From: Octopus sinensis
Lineage: Eukaryota
Assembly: GCF_006345805.1 (NCBI RefSeq)
Contig: NC_043000.1
Coordinates: 9,672,001 to 9,736,000, forward strand
Direction: 5' to 3'
DNA: 64,000 nucleotides
This document shows positions 28,331 to 41,888 of the stretch, in pieces. Every line of letters begins with the position of its first letter. Positions within the stretch are counted from its first letter, which is position 1. A program made the position numbers and the translations under genes. The notes below the pieces were generated by a model. It saw nothing but the letters and a program-made list of their open reading frames with translations, made no database searches and was not told where the DNA came from.

Positions 28331-28611
28331 AGAATTCAAAAAGAACATTTTGAAACAGAAAAAACTCTAACTGTCACTAGCATCTAATGGAACAAGAGAA
28401 GAACATATATACGAACTAAACGAAAAAAACAAACAAAAAAAATCCCATTATTTTCCTATGCTATCTGCTATGTAATTGTACCACTAGAGGTAATTAAATG
28501 GACCATTTAAGAGAACATCATTTGTCAACTCAGACAGTGAATTCCAACAACAAAATAGCTATACTTCTTGACCCTATATTTACATACATATATAAATACA
28601 TAAACACACAC

Positions 28612-28643
<32 letters not shown>

Positions 28644-28644
<1 letters not shown>

Positions 28645-28866
28645 TTATATGTGTGTATACAAATTATACACGAAAGGAAAGCCACTAAATGGTTTTCCAA
28701 CACGCTAGAAATAGCAGTCAAATCCCAAACCACGAAAAACCTCATTGTTATTTTAGCACCTTGAATTAGCTTTTTCGTGGTTTGGGATTTAACACCTATT
28801 TCTAGCGCGCTGGAAAACCACTTAGTGGCTTTCCCTTCGTGTATAATTTTTATACACACATATAAT
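28644..28866. repeat. Fold-back palindrome (~95-bp arms) abutting (AC)n
   Basis: ATTATATGTGTGTATAC...CCAAACCACGAAAAA-[~28740-28770]-TTTTTCGTGGTTTGG...TATACACACATATAAT. Confidence 0.9.
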
Positions 28867-28947
28867 AATTTTTGCAGTCTACGGACATTTTTACTCACGC
28901 TGGCCACTGGTAAAAGTGATTATTGAACTTTTACCTTATATATATAT

Positions 28948-29376
28948 TCTTTTATTCTTTTACTTGTTTCAGTCATTTGACTGCGGCCATGCTGGAGCAC
29001 CGCCTTTAGTCGAGTTAATCGACCCCAGGACTTATTCTTTGTAACCCTTGTACTTATTCTATCGGTCTCTTTTGCCGAACTGCTAAGTTACGGGGACTTA
29101 AACACACCAGCATTGGTTGTTAAGCGATGCTGGGGGGACCAACACAGACACAAACACACACACACACACACAACACACACACATATATACACACACATAT
29201 ATATACATATACATATATATGACGGGCTTCTTTCAGTTTCCGTCTACCAAATCCACTCACAAGGCTTTGGTCGGTCCGAGGCTATAGTAGAAGACACTTG
29301 CCCAAGGTGCCACGCAGTGGGACTGAACCCGGAACCATACAGTTGGTAAGCAAGCTACTTACCACACAGCCGCTCC
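28948..29376 (-). mobile_element. Family B SINE
   Basis: Full-length match to the other family B copies, including the internal AC/AT tract. Confidence 0.92.
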
Positions 29377-29403
29377 TGTATATATAGGAGTTCGCCATCA
29401 TAG

Positions 29404-29573
29404 ATCGGTAGCCACTACACACATTTTTTCTCTCCTTGTTTCTGTGTTCCTTTCTGTAGAAGAGCGTAGGCTCGAAACGTAAAAGACATTTTCTATTCCT
29501 GAGCGTTATACTAATACATCTGTTTGTTTTGTACACCACCTGTCTTCGTCTTTTGGTTTATTTCGTGAACTCT

Positions 29574-29575
<2 letters not shown>
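29404..29575 (+). mobile_element. ~170-bp (AT)n-docked element with variant minimal hammerhead fold (29450-29485); putative Penelope-derived
   Basis: Homologous to 31781-31970 (-) and 55930-56105 (-); all three end directly at (AT)n. Motif CTTT-CTGTAGAA-GAGC-GTAG-GCTC-GAA-ACGT-A-AAAG. Confidence 0.75.
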
Positions 29576-29620
<45 letters not shown>

Positions 29621-30088
29621 GATTTCCGTGAGACCTCTGAGACTGGTGAGGTGTACGTGATCCGAAATACTATTTCAATCACCTGGTAAAAAGAATCGAA
29701 AAACTGAATGTCAATTGTTACTACACTTCTGGTCAATAATAATAAATAACACGGTTGGCAGAGACAGCATTCATGAAGTAGAGCAATAACTTGGCAGAGA
29801 CTGCATAGCGTTGGTTTAAATAGTTTACAATTTTTAACTGACTTTCTACATTCCAAATTTAACTGCTTTTCTTGTCGATTATTATCTGATATCTCTGTGA
29901 GATCGATAAATGCGATCAATAATAAAATGGAATTTACACCAATACCTTTACTCCTCCTCTGAAGCAAAACGTAAAAAGAAAAATCAATTATAAAGATTAG
30001 TAATATAAAAAACAAAATATCAGAAACATGTTCGTTCACATGGTGTTAACATTTTATAAAATAAGATATTTTATACGCGCACGCGCGG

Positions 30089-30148
<60 letters not shown>

Positions 30149-30327
30149 GCTCCTCATCCCACACAAACATATGAATACATACATTCACACACACACACAC
30201 ACACAAATATAGGAATATGTATATTTACACGCACACAAATATATATATATATATATATTCATTGTATATATACATACATATACGTCCTTGCATACACATA
30301 TTTATTCATACATACATATACACAAAC

Positions 30328-30358
<31 letters not shown>

Positions 30359-30516
30359 TATACGTATATGTATGTATATATGTATGTATATATACATATA
30401 TACATGCACATATATACGTATATATATGTGTGTGTATATATATATATATGCGTATATATATGTGTGTATATATGTGTATATATGTGTATATATATATGTA
30501 TATATATGTGGATGTA

Positions 30517-30629
<113 letters not shown>

Positions 30630-31457
30630 TAGTTACATGTTTCAATTGATCGTATGTAGTTAAGAGAACAGAACAGTATCGACTAACTAACTGCGAAGTA
30701 TATATGAAAATATTAGTAGCAGTAAGATTACGTCACCAATTTTAAGCATCAGTCAAATTCTTGAAGCGTAAATGACTACATTTTATTTTTGATTTGACAT
30801 CAAATGTCTAAGAACAGACTGCTGCAGACATATTACTATGAGGCAGGTGCCAAGAAATAAATACGAGACAAAAAGAAGTTTGAATAATGAAATTGTTAAT
30901 AAGCAAACAGCTTGCTGTGTTGGAAAGCAACGAAATGTAATGCTACCAAACAAGGAATATTTACCAACTGTTGATGCATAAATCATCTTAATACAGACAA
31001 TATTTAGTGAATCTGTGATGCAATTTAGTGTATGAACATTAAAGAAACGCTTGTTTAGCAGACAAGAACATTTTGTCATTTTCCGTAAACAAACAATAAC
31101 AATGCCTTTTAAAACAATATCTCATTTTTAAAAAAGTGTTTCTATTATCTGTATTTTTCCTTATAATATATTCGTAAACAATGGCCTTTTGAAAGACTAT
31201 GAGCTTAAAGACCAGGCTAATAGGAAAATCAATATATCACTGTACAAACGGATTTTTGTTTTCATTTTATTTTGCTCTGTGTTATTTGTTATTTTTAACT
31301 TCTCGTGTGCTTAAAATTCAGTCAAAACATTTAGTTTGAATACATTAGTTCAAGACTCTATAAGTACACTTGTTTAGCGTCAACTGCTCGGCCTCTTTAG
31401 GTATGTGTAAATCATCCTGTTTATCAAAATGTTGTATGAGGGTGTGTATGTGTGCAT

Positions 31458-31558
<101 letters not shown>

Positions 31559-31722
31559 CTGAAGTGAAGGCAGCATATTCTTTGTCTATCTCCTTACCTT
31601 CTTGGAGATTTTAATGCAGCTGAGGGTTGCTCTGCATTTAAATTGATGTAATGGTTGCATTGTTCAATTAAATGGAGTTGCTTGAAACGATCGTACTGCA
31701 TTACCTCTGGATATCCTTGTTG

Positions 31723-31780
<58 letters not shown>

Positions 31781-31783
<3 letters not shown>

Positions 31784-31970
31784 GGAATTTACAAATAAGA
31801 AAAAAACAAACAAGCAAAACAAAAGACGTAGACGGGTGTGTAAAAAACAAACAGATGTATTAGTTTAACGGTGGGGAAGTTAGAAGGTCTTTTACGTTTC
31901 CAGCCTACGCTCTTCAACAGAAATGAACGCAGAAATAAACAAAGAGAGAAAATGAAAGCGAGTTAGTGGC
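31781..31970 (-). mobile_element. Second copy of the (AT)n-docked hammerhead-like element
   Basis: The minus strand at 31923-31889 reads TTT-CTGTTGAA-GAGC-GTAG-GCTG-GAA-ACGT-A-AAAG; the element abuts (AT)n 31727-31780. Confidence 0.75.
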
Positions 31971-32318
31971 TTCTGGACAAACTAGAATAAACATGGACGC
32001 GAAAGAGAAATACATTGCTGATAAGACGTAATACATCGGTTTCTATGTTAAAAAGAGTCATAGAAACCAACTTCTCTTGCAACTGTAATTGCTCCATACT
32101 CCTTGTCTTTCTTAACATATCACTTCGCTATTATGAGCAAACATCTTAGCTAAATATAAGTGTTAAGGATATTACCAAAATGGAATACATAGTCTTTTAA
32201 TACCAAGCTGATATCTATACGTTATCGTTATCTTTTCTTAAACGGCGGAACGCAATGTAGATAAAGCTACTGTACCGTGTAACTATTGGGTTAACCATTG
32301 GATGAAAAGAAGTCGAAA

Positions 32319-32382
32319 GCTACTCGTGCGACTCGAACCCGCACCTTTTGTAAACAGAACAGATGTTCTACCACTGAAGAAT
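32319..32382 (-). pseudogene. Degenerate tRNA-like sequence (tRNA pseudogene or orphan SINE head)
   Basis: The minus strand reads TCAGTGGTAGAACATCTGTTCTGTTTACAAAAGGTGCGGGTTCGAGTCGCACGAGTAGC, with A-box and B-box motifs. The anticodon arm does not pair. Confidence 0.5.
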
Positions 32383-32994
32383 CATTCGAATTTCGCCATC
32401 CATTTTAGCAGCTTTGTTCCCAGTAAGAAATATATCTTTTGTTTTGAATATTTTGTCCAAAGAACGACAGGTATAGTGTCATATAAGATGAAAAGCCTTC
32501 CTGAACCAGAGCGGCGTGTTATATATGATGTTACGTTAGGAGTAAGCACTGAAAGGCCTTCATTTCATTTGCGTCCATTCTTTCCTCGTCAATCAATAGA
32601 CATTACTTTCTTTTATATCGTTACAAACCACTTTTCTCTATATTACTTGCTTGAGACAGGTGATACATCGTACTTGAAAGGTCTTATTTTATGGTGGCAT
32701 TAAAATTTTCTGCTTTTACTCGCTAAAAACAAGCTGTTGGTATTCTAAACGAAAGAATCAGAAGAAATCATTTCTCGTTATAGCGCGTAAGTCATGAATT
32801 ACGAATTTTATAAGTCTTTTCTTTTCTGACAGACAATCCCAAGTTTCTTTGGACAATATTTTATTTCTGTATGGGTTAAATGAATGTCTAGTGGTAAATT
32901 AACAGACGTTAATTGGCAGAAATGTGGTCCAGCTAAATTGAAAACGCGAATCTTTGATAATGTTACAGTGAAAAATAAATGTTCATTGTACAGG

Positions 32995-33315
32995 CTATGT
33001 ATGTATGTATGTATGTATGTATGTATGTATGTATGTATGTATGTATGTATGTATGTATATATGTATGTATGCATGCATGCATGTATGTATGTATGTATGT
33101 ATGTATGGGTGTATATGAACATGCATAAATACACACACATATATATATATAAATTCATACATACACATACATACATACATACATATATACATGCGTACTT
33201 ACATACACACATATATACATACCTACGTACGTACGTTCATACATACATACATACATACATACATACATACATACATACATACATACATACATACATACAT
33301 ACATACATACATGTA
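32995..33315. repeat. (ATGT)n / (ATAC)n inverted microsatellite pair
   Basis: (ATGT)n at 32995-33105 and its complement (ATAC)n at 33160-33315. Confidence 0.95.
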
Positions 33316-33929
33316 TTTTCAGCATTGCAATATGCGTAAATGAGATAAATATTTAAAAAAAAAAGACTTTGAACAATACAGGCAAAGAGTTAGGCGGTAT
33401 ATGTAAGGTAATATCAATAAATGAAGCTGAAGAGAAAAGATATTGTATTTCATAGGTTGTTCGATGGTCCTATATTATTTCGGGAAAGATTCCCCTTTTC
33501 ATATAGAAGCAAATAATCAGAGTGCGGAGAAATGTATTATTATCGGTGGAGTGCGTTGAAGTGTAAGCATTGATAAATTACTCTATTTAAGGTTGTGATT
33601 GGCTAAGATAGGTAGTTAGAGTAGCCGGAAGTAGTATGGAGCGTGGTAGCAACCATGGTAAGTGATATGGTATGACAAGTTAATGCAGGTGAGTGAGGGA
33701 GTGGTGGGAAAGGCCACTGAATAATTGCTGTCCTTTAAGGTAGTTTAGATCTGTAGGTAACTTATATTGAGAATGTCTTTGCTGTTAGGTTTAGTAAAAT
33801 ATATTGTAGTGATGTATGAGTATGTGTGAGAAATGAGTTTAAAAGATGAGAAAAAAAGGAGCAGACGCACGGTAGACACAAGGTATTTAGAAGAGCCATT
33901 TCGTGCCATTGTTTCAGTTATGTTGTTTT

Positions 33930-34115
33930 CTGATTTATGCTACTTGATGAGAATAGTTTCCTTGAGTCTCACGTTACCAAATGTTCATGGTTACTGAATT
34001 TATCGAAGTGTTTCTTGTTCGGGGAATTATATGTGGGTAGGTGTTCTTTAATTCGAGTGTAGAGTTTTCCGGTTGCACTGCCAATACAGTGGTATCCACG
34101 TTTATCACATTTTAT
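33930..34115 (-). mobile_element. Penelope-like GIY-YIG endonuclease remnant
   Basis: The minus strand encodes IKCDKRGYHCIGSATGKLYTRIKEH (IxC..YIGxTxxxLxxRxKEH pattern) and RLKETILIK, with stops and frameshifts. Confidence 0.6.
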
Positions 34116-34131
34116 TTAGTACGCTATATAT

Positions 34132-34288
34132 ATCACCTTGATCACCTTGACCGACCAGTCCGTCGGGCGTCCATTTGACATCGCTGGTCACACTCGTCTC
34201 TGGATCGCGCCTTTCTCATCCACGTGATCCCAATCGTCCTTCTGAAATCGAAACTCCGCCGTCGTGGAGGTCTTCCGGGGTGGTCGTT
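34132..34288 (-). mobile_element. RTE-clade LINE 3' terminus
   Basis: The minus strand encodes HPGRPPRRRSFDFRRTIGITWMRKARSRDEC...GRSR* (RTE C-terminal GRPxxRW/WMRxAxxR pattern). The tail CAAGGTGAT is repeated and ends at an AT tract. Confidence 0.75.
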
Positions 34289-34901
34289 TATATATGTATG
34301 TAGATATATGTTTGTGCCACGGATAAATCAATCTGTTGGTGTACACATGTTCTCGGAAAGTTGTTTTCTTTTGAAAAGACTCGATGCGAGGAGGATTAGG
34401 TGCATACCTATTTCTCTTTGCGAATGGTTTTTTGAATGACAGTAATAGGTTTGCTGAAATGTATTAGCTTAAGGAAGCAATTCGCCCACTTTAAATCAAC
34501 CCTCCAAAAATTCATCCAAAATGAATCTGTCTGCATTTTAACAAATATAGCAGTTCCGATGAAGCCATTTACACTGCGCATTTCCAAACAATTTTGGAAC
34601 TTAATGAATATCCAAACAACTTTCACTCATTTCCAACATAAAATACAGAACTTTCACCCATCCCCCGCTTAAAATACAGAACAATCAACAAAAGAACGCT
34701 TCACATCCTCGACCCGACGCTGAAGGCTTGGAGGTCCGTGAAGGTGTCTTTGCTTGTTCACGACTACATAGTAACGTGAAACAATTTATGAAAGCATGCT
34801 ACATGCTACAAGCTCATGCTCGTTTACAAATGACAGCTATGATTTTTTACATGCATGCGTACGTGCATACATACAAATATATATATATACATATATAGAT
34901 A

Positions 34902-35128
34902 AAGGCGGCGAGCTGGCAGAAACGCTAGCACGCCGTGCGAAATGCGTAGCCGTATTTGGTCTGCCGTTACGTTCTGAGTTCAAATTCCGCCGAGGTCAAC
35001 TTTGCCTTTCATCCTTTCGGGGTCGATAAATTAAGCACTAATTCACTGGGGTCGATGTAATCGACTTAATCCGTTTGTCTGTCCTTGTTTGTCCCCTCTG
35101 TGTTTAACCCCTTGTGGGTAGTAAAGAA
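34902..35128 (+). mobile_element. Family A SINE monomer inserted in an AT tract
   Basis: Near-consensus copy; ATATATATATACATATATAGATAAA is duplicated on both sides. Confidence 0.93.
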
Positions 35129-36170
35129 ATATATATATATACATATATAGATAAATATATACGTACAAACGCACGTACGCACGCACACACATATGATGCA
35201 GTGGCATGATATATATTCAATATACATGTTAAGCATGCAAATATGAAATGTTGATATAAACATAAATATTTCTTCTCAGACAAGATTTCCTACAAGCTTG
35301 AACTCTTTAGAAGCTCGGAAGGTATTTAGTGACTGGGCAAGCCTATTTTGTTCATTTGAGAGAATCTAAGTTTCCACATCATGGAGTTCTCAGAATGGAA
35401 TTCACCGCGTTACCATAAAGAATACGAACCTTAGAATTGAAACTGCACTCCCTCCTTCTACGTCAATGAGCGCTACCAGATGCGCGAGCGTAATTTCTAT
35501 TATATTATTAAGAAATATATCTCTTTATATTTTATTTTGTTGCAGAGATGCAGAATGCTCAATGCTTGCCTGTATAAGGTGCGTAGAGAGTGTAATATAT
35601 ATATATGCGTGTTTGTATGTAGTTTTGAGTATAAATGTGTAGATATTTATATATATATATATTGCGTATAAAGCTATAAATGAGAAGGTAGTTGTTTGTT
35701 AAGAACTGTGGTGACTAACAATACTTTTCTTTTGTATTTTTTCTTCAGGTAATTATAAAACGAAATAGAATAAACACGGAAACTGAACGAATCCCATCCA
35801 TTCAGTTGATACATTCATCCAATTGCTGTCAACCCAGCAGTCCATTGTCTTCGTCTGATAATTGCCATATTTATACAACGTTATATTTGTTTAACAAAAT
35901 TAAAAAAAACAATGATAACCAAGCTAATCTAAAACTTTCATTAACATTTGTTTTCCGTTGCGGGCTTCCTCTTATAGCATTCGCCCTGATTGTTTTATCA
36001 TACTCAAGTGTGGTGACATCAATTTTTATTTCTGTTGTTTTTATATACACATGTTAAGAATTGTTACAACGGATTCTGGAAAGTGAAGTTTGCATGTCCG
36101 TACATTGCTTTTGATGATTTTCCTGACGTCCTTGAGTGATTTACAACTAAATGGATACATAACTTTGTAA

Positions 36171-36235
<65 letters not shown>

Positions 36236-36236
36236 T

Positions 36237-36441
36237 AAGGCAGCGAGCTGGCTGAATCGTTAGCACGCCGGGCGGAATGCTTAGCGGCATTTCGTCCGTC
36301 TTCACGTTCTGAGTTCAAATTCCGCCGAGGTCGACTTTGCCTTTCATCCTTTCGGGGTCGATAAAATAAGTACCAGTTGAGAACTGGGGTCGATGCAATT
36401 GACTTACCCCTCTCCAAAATTGCTGGCCTTGTGCCAAAATT
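36237..36441 (+). mobile_element. Family A SINE (short-tail type) embedded in (TAT)n
   Basis: Near-consensus head; (TAT)n arrays at 36174-36230 and 36441-36503. Confidence 0.93.
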
Positions 36442-36445
36442 ATTA

Positions 36446-36504
<59 letters not shown>

Positions 36505-38088
36505 ATGATACATTAATAAAGACTGTTTATATTTATCTTAGTGTTTACGAATTGAATATGTTTATACGTAGATTTTTTTTCATCCCAACATAATTACTAA
36601 AACAGAAATTTTCAATTGCATAGTGCTAATGGTTTTCGCATCCTTTGACCAATTACCGGCAATCACTTTACTATTTGATAAAATTTAGATAATGTCCTGA
36701 TATAACCAGAATTAAAATGAGAAACTGACACTTTCAAAATTTCATGCCTCTTACTTGGCCTTATAAAAAGCTGCAATGTCAGGAATATAGAGCTGGAAGA
36801 GGATAAATAGAGAAGGTGAAAAAAACCTCATTTTGAAAAATATGCTAAAGCATTTTCAGAACTATTAGTTTGAAACTACTTTGATGTGTGGTGATTATCA
36901 TTTTTTAAAATTCTTGTGAGAGAACAAACCTCTGAGAAAACTGTACGCTCAAATAATTACTGATGAAGTAGAAAATTATATTTTCCCTTCCATTTTGCCT
37001 AAAAACGCTAAATGACACTTTAACTCTTTTGAAACCTCTCCCGAGGATGTGATTTTAATAATCATTTATAATAGGAAACAATAAATAAAATAAAAATAGG
37101 ATATAAATAAACCGACCCCTCCACCTAAAGAAGCTGTAATAGATTTGTGTTATCATAAGCGATGATAATCATAGTAGGGTACAGCTAAGCATTTCTCGTA
37201 GCGTTACAATAATTTAAAAATAACAGGACCAAGATGTCGGTTACATAGCAACATATAGGAATGTATAAAATTCATACATTTTACTCGGACATTATCCACG
37301 GCTCACTCGTGTTTGTTTCTTCTTGACTTACTTTAATAAAAAAAGAACTTCAGCTAAAAACCAGTCAACTGCAATAAAGAGTGGAGACCATAAAAAAGAT
37401 ATTCTAATATTGTATCAGATTAAACTGTTGTATTATATCTAAATATAGTGATAGGCTAACCGTTTTATCAAACAGATCCAATATTTATTTGTAAGTTTAT
37501 GTGATATCCGAATAAGAAGAGTAAATAATCACTTCAAAAGTTTCTGATGTTTCTATAGCGACTGCTTATAGCTTGTATTTCCCAGTCAAAATAAAGTTTC
37601 TTATATAAGAAGATTAGCCCAATATCCACCACCATATATAACTACAAAACAAATAAAAAAACAACAAACAAATCTCAATTTATATTCGCTGTTGTTGATA
37701 TACGTTTTTTTTGTGTGGCTAATATCATAGAAGAGGAAACCAAAATTGTGTGGTGTTAATACATTTCTAAAGAGTATTAGCGAGTGTAAAGTAAATCAAT
37801 TGGCTTCTCCTTGGAAATGATACTGGTTGTGGATTCAGTTCATGTATTTATTGACCTATGTTGTCATCACCACCACCCATTCCAATACATTATTGTCAAA
37901 TACAATATCATGTGTTCGTTTCTAGCTACTGTATGGTCGCTCGACTTCCTAGACATAGTAGCCAAACCTTCCTCACATCATAACTTGTCCGCTTATTAAA
38001 AAGGTCATACCTGGATAATAAACGGTTGGAATGCCATTGATCATAGGCCTTCTCGATCAGGGCTGAAAAAAGAAACAAAAGCAGCAGT

Positions 38089-38270
38089 AGAGGCGCAATA
38101 GCCCAGTGGTTAGGGCAGCGGACTCGCGGTCGTAAGAACGCGGTTTCGATTTCCAGACCGGGCATTGTGAGTGTTTATTTAGCAAAAACACCTAAGCTCC
38201 ACGAGGCTCTGGTGGGGAGGGGTGGTGACCCCCGCTGTACTCTTTCACCACAACTTTCTCTCACTCTTTC
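38089..38270 (+). mobile_element. Family C SINE head and core, followed by an unrelated 3' sequence ending in AAC/AGC triplets (~38630)
   Basis: GAGGCGCAATAGCCCAGTGGTTAGGGCAGCGGACTCGCGG...; homology to 4877-5242 ends near 38262. Confidence 0.8.
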
Positions 38271-40014
38271 TTCCTACTTCTGTCACAAAGCAGAGGAACC
38301 ATGGTGTAACCCACTATGGTGTGGTAAACTTTCAGAAATCTAGTCTAGATTGCGAATCCTCTGTACCCCAGGATGGTTCAGCTCTCCACCCGTTAAAAGC
38401 CACCGTTTACGGTATGAGGATAACAACTTAGCTTTCGCACCCGTGCAACCGCCGGTCTATCGCGTGTGGTGGGGGGATCTCCAAGTCGCCACACGCATTT
38501 TTAGTAGCTTAGAGTAGGCTCGAATTAGAGATTATTCTTTGTGGCAAATGGCGTGAGTCCTGATTGGACGAAGAAGAACAACAACAGCAGCAGTCACAGC
38601 AGCAATAGTCACAGCAGCAACAGTCACAACAGCAGCAGCCACCGCAACAGAAGCCACCGCAGTCGCAGCAGCAGAAGCAGCAACAATATATGTCGGTTTG
38701 CAAATGTCTTTATTATTTTTATTGTACTTAAAGTCTTCTATATTATATTTCTAAATGCGCACTCACGTAGACACACATACACGCGTACATAGACGTATGC
38801 ACACACATACACAAATCTACGCACGCGCACACGTATATACACACATATATCATTTAATATTTCCTAGAAGACCAAACAGGAAAAAATGTATTTCTTCAGA
38901 TTAATTTTCACTGAAATTCGTTGAGAAATTAAGAACTACTACAGTAAAAGCATACACAATATTGTAGATATAAATGATAGAAATAGATCATAAACAACGT
39001 CGTGTAGATAAAAACTTACAGTACAGCTTAATTAAAACTTGAGAGATGTACGATTGTATTGTGAGATGGTAAAGTTAGTAAGATTAGTGTACTGAGCGAT
39101 CATATGCCAATGTCGCCTACAGAGAAGGCCTACAGTACAGTATAGGACGATGGTATACAATTCACCGAAGGAAAAAAAGATAGACAAAGAGGGAGTAGGA
39201 GAGAGGGAGAAAGAGAAAGAGTGAAAATAGGAGAAGATAGGCAATATTGCATTTAGAAATGGTATAGAATACAGCCTTGAGAGAATATACTCAGTACAAC
39301 GCATAGAGATGGTGTAAAATGCAGCCTAGGGAGAGGATGGGCATTAATTTATGAAGAGATGAGAATATATTCTGTACCTACGGGGAGAATGTAAAAAGTT
39401 CAGTATAGAGGCTATAAATACACTGTACTTGCGTGAAGAGATTATACATAGTACGGTATAGAGAGATTAGAACACTACAATACATAACAATACACGGAGC
39501 TTATCTACTGTAGTATAAGAGAGACGAGTGTTACACAGAGAAGTACTGTGTAAAAGAAAATAGAAGATACATAGTGTTGTATAAGGAACAGTTGCTTAGT
39601 ATTGTGTGTTATTATACTTACAGTATTATAATACACGGTGTTATATGGAGAAATGACACATAATAGTATACTGGTGGACGATGGTGTTGGTGAACCCTCT
39701 CTTCGCTTCGACGGATGAGAGTTCAGCAAGACACGGCCTGTGGAAAACGACCATCACCCTATGACCACCTGTGTGTTGGGTCAAAGCTGAAAACCTCCAA
39801 TAACATCCTTTATTTGACATTGTCACCCCTTTTCCTATCGCTATTGGACTTAATAAAGAAAATGTTATGGTATTACTACTGGTGCCTTGGTTTGCTGAAC
39901 ACCAGCGCAATGAATATTGTTGAAGTGGATATCGTTTGTGCAGAGCCAGTCCCAGGCTTTCAACTCTCGAACGTGTATTGGTCTAGTGTACCAAGTGCCA
40001 AGAGCCCAGTAATT

Positions 40015-40285
40015 GTGGGGGTACATGGCCGAGTGGTTAGAGCAACGGACTTGCGGTCAAGGGATCGCGGGTTCGAATATCAAACCGGGCGATGTGTGTG
40101 TTTATGAGCGAAACACCTAAGCTCCACGCGAACTTCTGCTGACTCTTTCGCCACAACTTTCTCTCACTCTTTCAGCTCACCTGCGACAGACGGCGTCCCG
40201 TCTAGGTGGGGGAACCTATACGCTAAGGAAACCGGAGAAACCGACCCTTATGAGCCAGGCATGGCTCGAGAAGGTAAAAAAAAAA
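40015..40285 (+). mobile_element. Family C-like SINE with a different tail (GAAACCGGAGAAACCGACCCTTATGAGCC) and poly-A
   Basis: 12-bp TSD AGCCCAGTAATT at 40003-40014 and 40286-40297. Confidence 0.9.
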
Positions 40286-40691
40286 AGCCCAGTAATTATC
40301 AGGATGCAGTATTTGTATGGAGTTACCTTCTCTTAGGTGAACAGTTAAAGAACTGAAGGACCTCATCGGCCTTGGGTCTTTTGGGGTGTCTGTAAGAGAC
40401 CTTTTTCCGGAGGCAATACGGGTGGATAATACATATTACTATCAGATATGCGATTTAGTGTTTTATAGTGGGAAGCATGTAGGTAGTATTGTGTGATGGC
40501 AAGTGATACATTGCTCATGGGATAAAAACCAGTGTCATATAGATAGAAGAGATAAGGTATTGCACAGTGAGAAGGGATATAACATTGTACACTGAGATAC
40601 AATATTGTACAAAGAAAATAAACATATGAAATACCATCTCTGAGGAAGAGAAGATCCACATTACAGAGAAATGACAAATACTATGTATAAA

Positions 40692-40957
40692 CTGTTGTGT
40701 CTGGGGAGGGTCATTTTCTTTTTGTGCCTTATAATGTAACACACTCACCGGTAAAATTTCCACTTATTTCTTATTTTTATTTTCCTAAAATGTTCGTTGC
40801 GTCTTGCAACCTTTTTAATAGTCTTGGCTTTTGAAAATGTTGCAAGACGCAACGAAAATTTTAGGAAAATAAAAATGAGAAATAAGTGGAAATTTTACCG
40901 GTGAGTGTGTTATATTATAAGGCACAAACAGAAAATGACTCTCCCCAGACACAACAG
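40692..40957. repeat. Fold-back palindrome, second copy of the 3100-3371 family
   Basis: Same arms (CACTCACCGGTAAAATTTCCAC...GTGGAAATTTTACCGGTGAGTG). The downstream flank AATATGCTTCAACAC...GAACTCATATAAAGAATCTTGCAAA is also shared. Confidence 0.95.
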
Positions 40958-41888
40958 AATATGCTTCAACACACGAACTCATATAAAGAATCTTGCAAAA
41001 CAAATCCAAAAGCGAAACTATGTATAAAGATATTTGAAATCAGTGATTCAAGTCCCATCATTATAATCACTAGTTTTCGATTCCCAAACTCATAAAAGTT
41101 ACACTGACTGAAAAACGTGATATGTGAAACACTGAAATGAAGTTTCTACGAAAAATTTGGGAGAATTTATCTCTTCTTTTTATTGTCTAATCCCTTCTAA
41201 TTACTTCCAGTCTGTGAATGAAGGGAGTTAGATAATTTCTTTCACGGTTTTATGGATATTTGATACGAAAGATTACGTTTTTGATCACGGTAAGTTGCTT
41301 GTCATATCTTATATGAATAATTTATAAGGAAAAAAAATTAGATAACTTTCAAATTACACAAACATTTATCTAGCTATTTTACAGTCATCTAATTCGAGGT
41401 TTTAGCCAATCTAAAGTGGCTTTAGCAATCAGATGTCATTATTACTTTTGCATAATATTGCAGCTGAATTGGTGATTGCCATCGAGCAAGAGGTAGGTTT
41501 CCATCAATCAGAGAGAATTCAAGTTTCCGCTTCAAGACAATATTAGCTTATACAACTAATATTCCATAAAAAGGCATCTGTATGAAATATTCCCAAATGT
41601 GTCTGGTCAAAATGCATCAATAATTAGTTTGCTTGAGTAGCTGGATATGCCTGAAAGGGAAGGAAGTTCCGAGTTCAGTTATATTCTAAGTTTTAGTTTA
41701 ATTTGGATGTTTTGGTTTACGGCAACTTGTCGCTCCAATTATCACTATTGAGGCGATTGGATAGCAGAAATGTTAAAGCGCTAAATTAAATTTATTTTGT
41801 ACTTTAACCTTCTAAATTCAATTCCAACTCTATTAATCTTTGCTTTTATCCTTATGGGATCGACAAAACAAGTGTCACGCTTTAGTTA

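Noticed and set aside
39715-40107. 130-aa plus-strand ORF, and a minus-strand LGTWYTR segment resembling an APE endonuclease start
   Set aside because: The ORF runs into a SINE and has no recognisable domain; the APE similarity is marginal.
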